Of a DNA stretch of 64,000 nucleotides, positions 1 to 13,760 are shown in pieces. The notes under the pieces were generated by a model. The model was given only the letters and a program-made list of their open reading frames with translations, had not been told where the DNA came from and did no database searches. The stretch is from NCBI GenBank assembly GCA_964016885.1, contig CAXHJY010000257.1:124001-188000 (forward strand), given 5' to 3'. A program made the translations under genes and the position numbers. This DNA comes from Eledone cirrhosa (Eukaryota). How positions within the stretch are numbered: position 1 is the first letter of the stretch; every line of letters starts with the position of its first letter.

Positions 1-535
1 GTAAGTAAAGCCAGACAGTGAATAGTAAATAGAATATAGAATAAAATAAATAAATATAATCAACCGGAAATTACAAAACAAAAGCAAATATATACACATT
101 TAGGCCTCACATGCGGTTAAGAAGTTAGGTAAACACTAAGGAAAACAATCACTTTAATTGACTCAAAACCCTATTTGATAAATTAATATTAAAAATATCA
201 AAACTATCCAATAAGGTAGTATAATATTAGCTGTAGTTTAAGTCATTAAAGTTTATAAACTTTAATGTTTCGTTACAAATGTTTACAAAAAGGAATGAAA
301 TTTTTTACTATCATATACATAACGATATCTAAAAAACTGACTTAAGTAGATTTAAGGTAAGCTAATGGGGACAGAAGGTTGTCTTTTTTTCCGGGTATGT
401 CTATATTTATTTATAAAACAAATCTGTATTTTATCTGATGAAAGCGCACCATAATTTGCCTTGGTGGCCCTTGAAATATGTATAATAAAATAAATATGGT
501 TTTATAAATATAGTTTCCATTTATTAATATATTGT
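1..535 (+). mobile_element. 3' pseudo-LTR end of a Penelope-like element (body lies upstream of the window), related to the Naiad-like pLTR at 3910-5700
   Basis: 395-535 resembles the reverse complement of 3990-4150, contains a hammerhead motif, and ends in a TA tract. Confidence 0.65.
427..492 (+). ncRNA. Type I hammerhead ribozyme (PLE-type)
   Basis: stem I tattttat/ataaaata; CUGAUGA 435-441; imperfect stem II (gcacc/ggtgg); GAAA 473-476; short stem III; AUA cleavage triplet. Confidence 0.7.
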
Positions 536-660
536 ATATATATATATATATATATGTGTGTGTATACATATAATTAAATAAACATATATAAATATACACA
601 CAAACACGTATATAGCGCACGCACACACATACACACATGTATATGTATATATGTATGTAT

Positions 661-1860
661 ATGGTAGAACTAGAGAAGAAATTCCAAACTTGGAAGCAGG
701 GACTAGAAAGCAAGGGTCTCAAAGTCAACCTGACAAAGACTAGGGTCCTTGTAAGTAGACGAGAAAACAGAACCCAGATCCCCTCAGCGAAATAGCCTTG
801 CTCAGTATGTAGGAAAGGTGTAGGTAGGAACTACATTCTCTGCTCCAATGCAAACAATGGGTACACAAGAAATGTAGCGGGATCTCAGGAAGCTTAACTA
901 AGAATGTAGGCTTCACATGCAGCAGCTATGCTGGGACAGCAAGCATCAAACAGCCACAGGAAACAAGCACCATCAAACTGTGGGAGGGCTCGGTATAAAC
1001 AGTAGGCAGCTTCTGCTACCTAGGTGACCGAATTAGCAGCGGAGGTGGGTGTTCGGAAAGTACAATAGCTAGGGTAAGAACAGAATGGAAGAAGTTCAGG
1101 GAGCCACTGCTAGCTGCAAAAGGCTTTTCCCTCAAAATGTAAGGCAGACTGTATGATGCGTGTATACGAACAACAATGTTACATGGTAGTGAGACCTGGG
1201 CGCTGTCTGAGGAAGACTTGCGTAGATTAGAAAGAAACGAAGCCTGGATGCTCCGATGGATGTGTAATGGTAATATACGCGAACAGCGAAGCATAAATGA
1301 ATAGGGAGAGAGACTGAGCATAAGAGGAATCAAATGCTGTGTGCAGGAGAGGAGGTTGCGTTGGTATGGACATGTGATGAGTATGAAGGATGACAGCTGC
1401 ATAAAAAGGTGCGGAGCACTAGAAGTCGATGGAAGCCGTGGAGTGGGGGGACCCAAGAAGACCTGGGATGAGGTGATAAAAGCCGACCTTATCCAATTAC
1501 ACCTCTTAAAGGCAATGACACATGACCGTGACCTCTGGCGTCACGCAGTAATACAGAAGATCCGACACCCCAACGGGTACAAGCCGAAGCTGAAGCATAT
1601 AGACAATATGCCCCCACACCCTCCCACTGCAAAGTGGTCGTGGAGGTGCCACGGCAAAAAAGCACCCAGCACTCACTGTAAATGAGGTTGGTGTTAGGAA
1701 GGGCATCCAGCTGTAAAAATCAAGCCAGAATCAGTTCCCGTATGAGCAAGACAAGGTCAGCCGACCGTACACTGCCCACAACAGGACAACCTGTCTAACC
1801 CATGCTAGCGTGGAAGAACGGATGTAAAATGGTGATGATAATGATGATGATGATGATGAT
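661..1860 (+). mobile_element. 5'-truncated, decayed RTE LINE (family C): RT C-terminus, 3' UTR, (GAT)n tail
   Basis: translates to [10 protein letters not shown]...GGPKKTW; near-identical to the 3' part of 22653-25968; has stops and frameshifts; ends in gatgatgat. Confidence 0.9.
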
Positions 1861-1871
1861 GTGTATATGTA

Positions 1872-1902
<31 letters not shown>

Positions 1903-1915
1903 GTATATATGTATG

Positions 1916-1950
<35 letters not shown>

Positions 1951-2527
1951 GTCTGTTAGGTCACCAGTTGGTGCTACTGGTAACGTATTCCAGTACAACC
2001 TGTCCCATGGTCGGGTCGTTGGCGACTAAACTGGCAACCCCACCAAGGTTTCTTGGTGAGGAGGGTGACTTTGGACATCCTGCAGGACTAAAAACAAAAC
2101 CTGTCAAAAGGCAAAGGAGCTCTTAAGAGTTAATGGCCATCCAAAAGGCAGAATTCTAGGAGAAGGAAAACTCTGATATCACACCTGCAACCCTGATGGT
2201 ATCCAATGATGTTGACTTGTTCTTCTTTTTGGTAAATATCATCTTGGTTAAGAAAGTGGGACTGGCTTTGTGCAGTGCCTTTGCTCACTATAAAAGCTTC
2301 ACGGCACAGGCATTGCTTTATATCTGGAGATCTTTCTGCACTTGACATCACATGGTACCATGGGCCCAGCACTATGTGTCAGTAATTGTCACAAGTGTAG
2401 TGTTTGTACCAGAGTTTTCAAATCGCTGGCTGGACTAAAAAGTCACACTTGTTCAGTGCATCGGTAGGGGTTCTCCTACATGGATATAAGGTAGTGGCCG
2501 TACTCGAAAACGAGTTGGCAGCCACCA
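1951..2527 (+). mobile_element. Short non-autonomous bipartite RTE derivative (5' UTR-like part joined to a C2H2-encoding 3' end)
   Basis: RTE 5'UTR-like motif ctaggagaaggaaaactctgatatc (~2157-2181); 3' part encodes [21 protein letters not shown]-stop, then a short UTR with an actcg/cgagt hairpin; no RT in between. Confidence 0.5.
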
Positions 2528-3459
<932 letters not shown>

Positions 3460-3587
3460 AGTGTTTGTACCAGAGTTTTCAAGTCGCTGGCTGGACTAAA
3501 AAGTCACACTCGTTCAGCGCATCGGTAGGGGTTCTCCTATATGGATATAAAGTAGTGGCCGTACTCGAAAACGAGTTGGCAGCCACC
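3460..3587 (+). mobile_element. Second copy of the 3' end of the 1951-2527 element
   Basis: near-identical to ~2400-2527, flanked by TA tracts. Confidence 0.85.
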
Positions 3588-3622
3588 ATATATATATATA
3601 TGTATATATGTATATATATATG

Positions 3623-3669
<47 letters not shown>

Positions 3670-3735
3670 GTATATATGTATATATGTATATATATATATA
3701 TGTATATATATGTATATATATGTATATTTTTATAC

Positions 3736-3898
<163 letters not shown>

Positions 3899-4040
3899 TG
3901 TATATATATGTAAAGTTATATTTAAAATTGTTGGGTTACAACTAGTAAATATTTATAACTGATATAAAAGCACTCGACAAATACTTGGAGTATATTTACA
4001 ATATTAAATAAATGGAAAACTATATTTATAAAACCATATT

Positions 4041-4106
4041 TATTTCATTATATATATTTCGGGGATATCATATTAACAATATGCTATGCCTTCATCAGAC
4101 AAAATA
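4041..4106 (-). ncRNA. Type I hammerhead ribozyme in PLE pLTR
   Basis: minus strand: tattttgt-CUGAUGA-stem II (catatt/aatatg)-GAAA-tatata-UA-atgaaata; stem I includes GU pairs. Confidence 0.7.
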
Positions 4107-4488
4107 CAATATAAACAGTTTTATAGATAAATATATTCGACATACCGTAATAAACATCAACTTCATTTGAAGAGGTTCACTCTAGCAGTGAAAATACAGA
4201 GAGAAAGAAAGAGAGAGAGAAAAGAGGGAAATAAGAAAGAAAGAAAGACGAAACGAAGAAAAGGAAGAAAAAGAAGAAAAAGAAGAAAAAGAAGAAATGC
4301 ATGGGACAAAATAGAGAGATGGAAAAATAGATAAAGCGAAGAGCTTCATGTAAAGAGACCGAAAGAGATATATATATATATATAGAGAGAGGAAATAGAG
4401 ATAGATACATATATAAATATAGATATAGAAAAATATAGAAAAATTAGGTAGTGGGAGGTCATTTTGAGTAAGTGTATCAATGATGCAT

Positions 4489-4523
<35 letters not shown>

Positions 4524-5393
4524 GCTCAAGTATTAATGTAAGGGAGATATAGAGAGATATAGAGAGATATAGAGAGAGAAAAATTTAAAAATAGCCAGAC
4601 ATATTCGAGGCGTAGAAAACCCTATGTTTTAATGTATTAGTATTTATAAAACTTACACTATATTGTAAATATCAGTATTCCTGAATGAAACAAGTATTCA
4701 CAATGCGTTAAAATTCATTATCTTATGTTTAGTTTTTTAAAAAATTCATATGTCTATGTGAATCCAACTGATTCACTCCGCAAATTCAAAGTTACCGGAA
4801 AACATTCTCAATGTGGTATAAACATTTGAGCGTATTATTATTCTTGCGATTACTCTACAAGATTATCTATCAAGCAGAAATAGAGAGCAGATTTCAATAT
4901 ACTAATCGAAAATATTAATCGAAAATATATATTATATTATATTATAAGCAGAGATAACAATAATAATGATAATAAGTAAAAATATATAAAAAAATATAAA
5001 AATATAGAATAGAAAACTAAAAAAGAATATTACGAAAGAATATTACATAATAAATAAAAATATTGCATATTAAAAATACTATGTTTTAAAATTATTACGT
5101 ATTAAAACTTTACATATAAAAATATTAAAAATAAAAATAAAATAAAATAAAAAATAAAAAATAAAAATATAAAAATATTATAGAATACTACAATACTAAA
5201 AGAATAAAAATAAAAAATAAAAAATAAAAAATAAAAATAAAAATAAAAATAAAAATAAAAATAAAAATAAAAATAAAAATAAAAAATAAACCACAAAGAA
5301 CAACCCTTCAAGGTTAATTGACAATATATTGCCAAGTTCACTACAAGACAAAGCCAAAAATTATCTATCAAATCACATCTAGCAAGGAATATC

Positions 5394-5439
<46 letters not shown>

Positions 5440-5701
5440 ATGATGTCCAATAATGTCTACATATGTTCCTATATTTAATATATAAGTTTATCAAGTGTAA
5501 GGTTAATTCATAAAATTTGGAGCATCGGCTTTTAGGGTAGCTTAATTTTTCATGAGGAATGTTTAGATAAAAATAAAAATAAAAAATAAAAATAAAAATA
5601 AATACAATAAAAAATAAACAGTAAAAAGAGGGAATCAAAGATTTAGGAATCAAAAGATTTATCGGCTAGTTCTCATATAAATATAAATCAAACTAAATAT
5701 A

Positions 5702-6958
5702 CTACATTTTAAATTTAAATTTATATTTAAACGTTGAGTTTAATCTATGTTTGCAACAACTGAATAAATTTGTCCGTAGGTTAAGGGAATTTTTAGATTT
5801 TAGTATAAAGAATATCTCCTCTGCGCAGAGGTCACATGTCTCAGAGGATGAATTAAAAGGAATCCCTCTTGAGACTATATTCCAAGCCGTCGAATATCTA
5901 ACGTTATCTAGCTTAAGTTGCCAGAGTACACCTGATAGTGCCGTTGAAGATTTTTTATTTGGATCTGTGAAAGAATTCTTGTGGTTATTATAGCGAAGTT
6001 TAAATTCCGTCGATGTGGAACCGACGTAGTTAAAAGAATTAGAGTCAGTATTAACATTACAATTGTATACTATATTTTTAACTAAGCAGTTGTTATTTAA
6101 CGGACATTTAGATCTATCTCTACAGTTGCATTTGTTAACTTGTATATTATTTATGCTATTATCAGTAGTTTTTAAGTTCCTATTATTTATTCTATTAATA
6201 TTTTGTGCTAAATTTTTGGTGGATGAATAGGTTAATTTAATTGTATGCCTATTGAAGATTGAGTGGTACCTATGTGTTCTAGGGAAGCGATTAACAAGAG
6301 CTTTGAAAAATAATTTAGCGATGTGGGTTTTAATGTTTAGTGAGAAAGGGGGGGCAAACCAAATTATGTTCCTAGTTCTATTTCTTTTTTGTCCTTTGGA
6401 ATTATTGTAATGCTTTCTATTATAGTTGTTAATGTTGTTGCCATAATTAAAAAAGTTGTTACTTTGTTTAGTTTGTTTATCATTATCTATGTACACAATC
6501 TTATCAGCATACCCTGCCCTAGCTAGTGCATCATTATAGTATTGGGCCTTTTCGTCAAAAATCTTTCTATTCGACGAGATCCTAGAGATACGCTTTTGGA
6601 CTGAGTTTACTATAGTGTTTTTGACAGATCTGGGGTGGTTAGAGTTAAAGTTGACATAGTTTAAGTTTTCATTCAACTTGTGAAAAGGATAGTGGAGACA
6701 TGTGTTGAGATTTAATGTTATATCTAGGAAATTGACTATTCTATGGTTGTTCTCAATTTCTATTTTAAGGTTAAAGTAATTAAAAAATTTTGTAATTTGT
6801 TTACATTTTCTATTTAGTTCAGGGTTATTATTATTAATGAGTAAAAGCATGTCATCCCTATATAAACCTCCGGTAGTACCAGGTATTTTCCTATGTAGCG
6901 AATTGATTAAAAATAAGCCCACAAGGTCAGTTACTTGAGCTGAGTCGGAAGATCCCAT
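5702..6958 (-). CDS. PLE RT C-terminal half plus GIY-YIG endonuclease (5'-truncated, Naiad-like)
   Basis: GGLYRDD, VNFLDITL, SNHP, CNC..CPL..CL..NIVY...YVGST..FKLRYNNH, C-terminal CDLC..E and CCKH. Confidence 0.85.
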   Translation of the reverse strand: MGSSDSAQVTDLVGLFLINSLHRKIPGTTGGLYRDDMLLLINNNNPELNRKCKQITKFFNYFNLKIEIENNHRIVNFLDITLNLNTCLHYPFHKLNENLNYVNFNSNHPRSVKNTIVNSVQKRISRISSNRKIFDEKAQYYNDALARAGYADKIVYIDNDKQTKQSNNFFNYGNNINNYNRKHYNNSKGQKRNRTRNIIWFAPPFSLNIKTHIAKLFFKALVNRFPRTHRYHSIFNRHTIKLTYSSTKNLAQNINRINNRNLKTTDNSINNIQVNKCNCRDRSKCPLNNNCLVKNIVYNCNVNTDSNSFNYVGSTSTEFKLRYNNHKNSFTDPNKKSSTALSGVLWQLKLDNVRYSTAWNIVSRGIPFNSSSETCDLCAEEIFFILKSKNSLNLRTNLFSCCKHRLNSTFKYKFKFKM

Positions 6959-6962
6959 AGTT

Positions 6963-8216
6963 ATGTCTTCCGACTCAGCTCAAGTAACTGACCTTGTGGG
7001 CTTATTTTTAATCAATTCGCTACATAGGAAAATACCTGGTACTACCGGAGGTTTATATAGGGATGACATGCTTTTACTCATTAATAATAATAACCCTGAA
7101 CTAAATAGAAAATGTAAACAAATTACAAAATTTTTTAATTACTTTAACCTTAAAATAGAAATTGAGAACAACCATAGAATAGTCAATTTCCTAGATATAA
7201 CATTAAATCTCAACACATGTCTCCACTATCCTTTTCACAAGTTGAATGAAAACTTAAACTATGTCAACTTTAACTCTAACCACCCCAGATCTGTCAAAAA
7301 CACTATAGTAAACTCAGTCCAAAAGCGTATCTCTAGGATCTCGTCGAATAGAAAGATTTTTGACGAAAAGGCCCAATACTATAATGATGCACTAGCTAGG
7401 GCAGGGTATGCTGATAAGATTGTGTACATAGATAATGATAAACAAACTAAACAAAGTAACAACTTTTTTAATTATGGCAACAACATTAACAACTATAATA
7501 GAAAGCATTACAATAATTCCAAAGGACAAAAAAGAAATAGAACTAGGAACATAATTTGGTTTGCCCCCCCTTTCTCACTAAACATTAAAACCCACATCGC
7601 TAAATTATTTTTCAAAGCTCTTGATAATCGCTTCCCTAGAACACATAGGTACCACTCAATCTTCAATAGGCATACAATTAAATTAACCTATTCATCCACC
7701 AAAAATTTAGCACAAAATATTAATAGAATAAATAATAGGAACTTAAAAACTACTGATAATAGCATAAATAATATACAAGTTAACAAATGCAACTGTAGAG
7801 ATAGATCTAAATGTCCGTTAAATAACAACTGCTTAGTTAAAAATATAGTATACAATTGTAATGTTAATACTGACTCTAATTCTTTTAACTACGTCGGTTC
7901 CACATCGACGGAATTTAAACTTCGCTATAATAACCACAAGAATTCTTTCACAGATCCAAATAAAAAATCTTCAACGGCACTATCAGGTGTACTCTGGCAA
8001 CTTAAGCTAGATAACGTTAGATATTCGACGGCTTGGAATATAGTCTCAAGAGGGATTCCTTTTAATTCATCCTCTGAGACATGTGACCTCTGCGCAGAGG
8101 AGATATTCTTTATACTAAAATCTAAAAATTCCCTTAACCTACGGACAAATTTATTCAGTTGTTGCAAACATAGATTAAACTCAACGTTTAAATATAAATT
8201 TAAATTTAAAATGTAG
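6963..8216 (+). CDS. Inverted near-identical copy of the PLE RT/GIY-YIG ORF
   Basis: same protein as 5702-6958 apart from the N-terminal junction and KALV/KALD; the inverted arm runs 6966-8508. Confidence 0.85.
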   Translation: MSSDSAQVTDLVGLFLINSLHRKIPGTTGGLYRDDMLLLINNNNPELNRKCKQITKFFNYFNLKIEIENNHRIVNFLDITLNLNTCLHYPFHKLNENLNYVNFNSNHPRSVKNTIVNSVQKRISRISSNRKIFDEKAQYYNDALARAGYADKIVYIDNDKQTKQSNNFFNYGNNINNYNRKHYNNSKGQKRNRTRNIIWFAPPFSLNIKTHIAKLFFKALDNRFPRTHRYHSIFNRHTIKLTYSSTKNLAQNINRINNRNLKTTDNSINNIQVNKCNCRDRSKCPLNNNCLVKNIVYNCNVNTDSNSFNYVGSTSTEFKLRYNNHKNSFTDPNKKSSTALSGVLWQLKLDNVRYSTAWNIVSRGIPFNSSSETCDLCAEEIFFILKSKNSLNLRTNLFSCCKHRLNSTFKYKFKFKM

Positions 8217-8516
8217 TATATTTAGTTTGATTTATATTTATATGAGAACTAGCCGATAAATCTTTTGATTCCTAAATCTTTGATTCCCTCTTTTTACTGT
8301 TTATTTTTTATTGTATTTATTTTTATTTTTATTTTTTATTTTTATTTTTATCTAAACATTCCTCATGAAAAATTAAGCTACCCTAAAAGCCGATGCTCCA
8401 AATTTTATGAATTAACCTTACACTTGATAAACTTATATATTAAATATAGGAACATATGTAGACATTATTGGACATCATAACCTTTTTTTTTTTTTTTTTG
8501 CGATATTCTAATATTG

Positions 8517-10027
<1,511 letters not shown>

Positions 10028-12707
10028 TAATAAGAGGAATTCCAACTTTGTCTGATTTACTCGTTTTAGTTACAATCCTTTAAAATATATATAATATGGT
10101 ATTATAATGAAATAGTATGATAGAATATTAAATTCTAAGTGTTAATTGAACAAGTACTTTCATGCTTTCGCAATCTTCAGGTTCATGATATGTGGTGACA
10201 GTCGAGTTTGCAATTTTCAACTGTAATGAGATGGGTAAATTTACTACCTTTTATACATTTTATACAGAGAAAAGTGGCTCCAGAATGCAAAGCCCTGTAA
10301 ACTGTATTTTGACCTATCAGTGTGTAGTTTCACTGAATTACTACAGCTGATTGGTTTAAGCGTCACGGCTGGTTGAGCATGCTAACGACCAATAGTCATA
10401 CCCAACGTATCAATTGTTTTGCTTTTTGAAATGATGAAAATAGCATTTTCTGTTAATCATCACCATCAACATCACTTTTATTATTATTATTATTGTTGTT
10501 GTTGTTGTTATTAGTGGTCGTGGTCATAGTGGTAGTAGAAGTAATACCCCTAGGCGTTATTATTGTTCATTTAGCTTGGGTTTGAATTTATCAATAAAAT
10601 TCTTTTCTTTGATTTTTCTCTTGATTTCACTTGGGCTGTGTAATTTGTAGAATGGGAATATTATAAATATTCCCTGACCACATGTTGCCAGGTGGCCGCT
10701 TAGGGGTATCTGACGGACATTTGGGTCTCTGATTTGTTGACAGTGTACCCGTGCACGTTCCGATAGTGCATTTCCAGTTTGACCGACATATAGTTCTTCA
10801 CAATTCGGGCATTTAATGCAGTAAATTAGATTTCTGCTTTTGCAGTTCATCTTTGCATTTGGGAATATTTTTCCAGTTTTTGTTTTCATATATTGACCGG
10901 CGTGTATGGATTGACATGTGCCGCATCGATTATCATTGCATTTAGATACAGTGAATGATTGGTCTTTGTTGTTAAGGTCAAACTTTGCTTTTGTTAGCAA
11001 TTGCTTCAAATTTTTTGGCTGTCTTTTACTAAGAGTCAAAGATCGATCTGTGATTAAGCCTTTTAATTCATTACTTTGAGCAATGATTGGTAGGTTTGCG
11101 TTGGCAGTGTTGAATATATTCTGGTGACATGGGTTGTGTGTCATTATAAATGGTATGACCAGTTCTTGGTTTCTTCTTCCTTGGGTTGTTCTAAGTTGTT
11201 GTATAGGTATTTTTATAGCCCGCTGTATGCCATTTTCTATAAGTAGAGATGGGTATTTTTGTTTGAGCAAAAATTCTCTTAGTTCTGTTAGGCGTTTGTA
11301 CCTGGTATTCGTATCTTCTACAATGGTACAAATTCTTCTGGCTAGGCAGTATGGGATGTTGCGTTTTGTATGAGGTGGAGGGCACGACTTAAAATTCAGA
11401 TATTGATGGGTGTCTGTGTGTTTATAATATATATCCGTGGTAATGGTGGTGTCGTTTTTGATTATCATATCTAGGAATGGTAATTTGGTCCTACTCATCT
11501 CTTTTGTGAATTGGAGAGATGGGTGTAGGTTATTCAGGAGGATATTGAACTCATCCAGAGTATCTAGAGATTCTGTCCAGATGATGAAACAGTCGTCAAG
11601 GTATCTCTTCCAAGATTTTTCAATGTACTTTCTAAAGTCAGTACTATATTTTTCCTCTATTTCTTGGTAGAGTTGTTGTTCTAAGTATCCCATTACAGAG
11701 TTCGCGTAAACGGGAGCAAACTTCGTTCCCATCACTGTGCCTCTAATTTGGATGTAATTCTTTCCATTGAAGAAGAAAGTGTTGTTTTCCAGAATAAGTT
11801 TAACTGCGTCTAATATAAATGGCGCTGTGAATCTAATGGGAATCACTTCTCTGTTTTTCCACCCAGTATTTAACCGCCTTTATTCCTAAATCATGTGTAA
11901 TGTTGGTGTAAAGGCTTACCACATCAAAACTGAGTAGAAGTGAATTCGTTTCCATGGTTTTGGGAAGATGGGACAGGAAGTCGATATCATCCCGGATGAA
12001 ACTGGGTATGTGAATACATAGTGGTTTCAAAATAATGTCAACAAAATTGCTTAGACGGTGAGTGGGGCATGTTGGACCAGCTATAATAGGTCTAAGTTTT
12101 AAGTCTTTTGGGTGTAATAATTTAATGTACTCACTGTTTTGTTCTCTTACTGCCAGTTGTATTTCTTTTGACTTGTGAACTTTCGGTAGGCCATACAGGT
12201 TGCTGGGTTTCGGCTCAAAATTGGTGATGTAGTCTTTCCTTATCAGTAAATGAGTTGTGGTATTTTGAAGCCAGGTTGTTGATCTTCTTCATGATGTTGT
12301 GGTCTATATTTGACGGTATTTCATGATAGAATGTTGTGTCTTTCAGTTGTTCCTCAACCAAATCCTTGTAGTATTCAGTATCCATTATAACAACTGCACC
12401 CCCTTTATCTGCTTGTTTAATTATTATTGTTTTATCATTTTGTATACGTTTAAGTGCAGACATTTCTGATTTGTTAATGTTTGGCCTAACATTAGTATTA
12501 TGTCTAAGAGGAAATTTAGACAGGATGTCAATGTATTGGTCGAGATAAATATTTCTTCCTTTTGGCGGAGTGAAATTTGATTTATTCTTTACTAGTGATT
12601 CATCACTCTCATTATTTTTATCAGCGAAGAATTCTACGAGACGTAATTTTCGACAGAATTCTTGGGTATCCTCCTTCAGTTCTTGGTGGTTGACTGTTGG
12701 AGTCGGT
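10028..12707 (-). mobile_element. 5'-truncated Neptune-like Penelope-like element, frameshifted RT-GIY-YIG
   Basis: ORF pieces 12215-12463 (IKQADKGGAVV), 11833-12030 (FDVVSLYTNI), 10560-11846 (MGTKFAP, RYLDD, LPFLD, CxxxxCxxC linker, NLIYCIKCPNC..YVGQT); 3' UTR has a hammerhead. Confidence 0.85.
10147..10185 (-). ncRNA. Minimal type I hammerhead ribozyme
   Basis: minus strand: tgaac-CUGAAGA-ttgc(gaaa)gcat-GAAA-gtac-UU-gttca; palindromic stem III AGUACU. Confidence 0.8.

Positions 12708-13760
<1,053 letters not shown>

Larger units (their letters stand above)
3910..6967 (-). mobile_element. 5'-truncated Naiad-like Penelope-like element with a long 3' pLTR
   Basis: ORF 5702-6958, then ~1.8 kb of AT-rich UTR with (TTTTTA)n, poly-T and a hammerhead at 4041-4106. 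Confidence 0.85.

Noticed and set aside
5396-5437. Poly-A tract as a retrocopy tail
   Set aside because: It is an internal poly-T of the Naiad 3' UTR, mirrored at 8483-8499 with the same flanks
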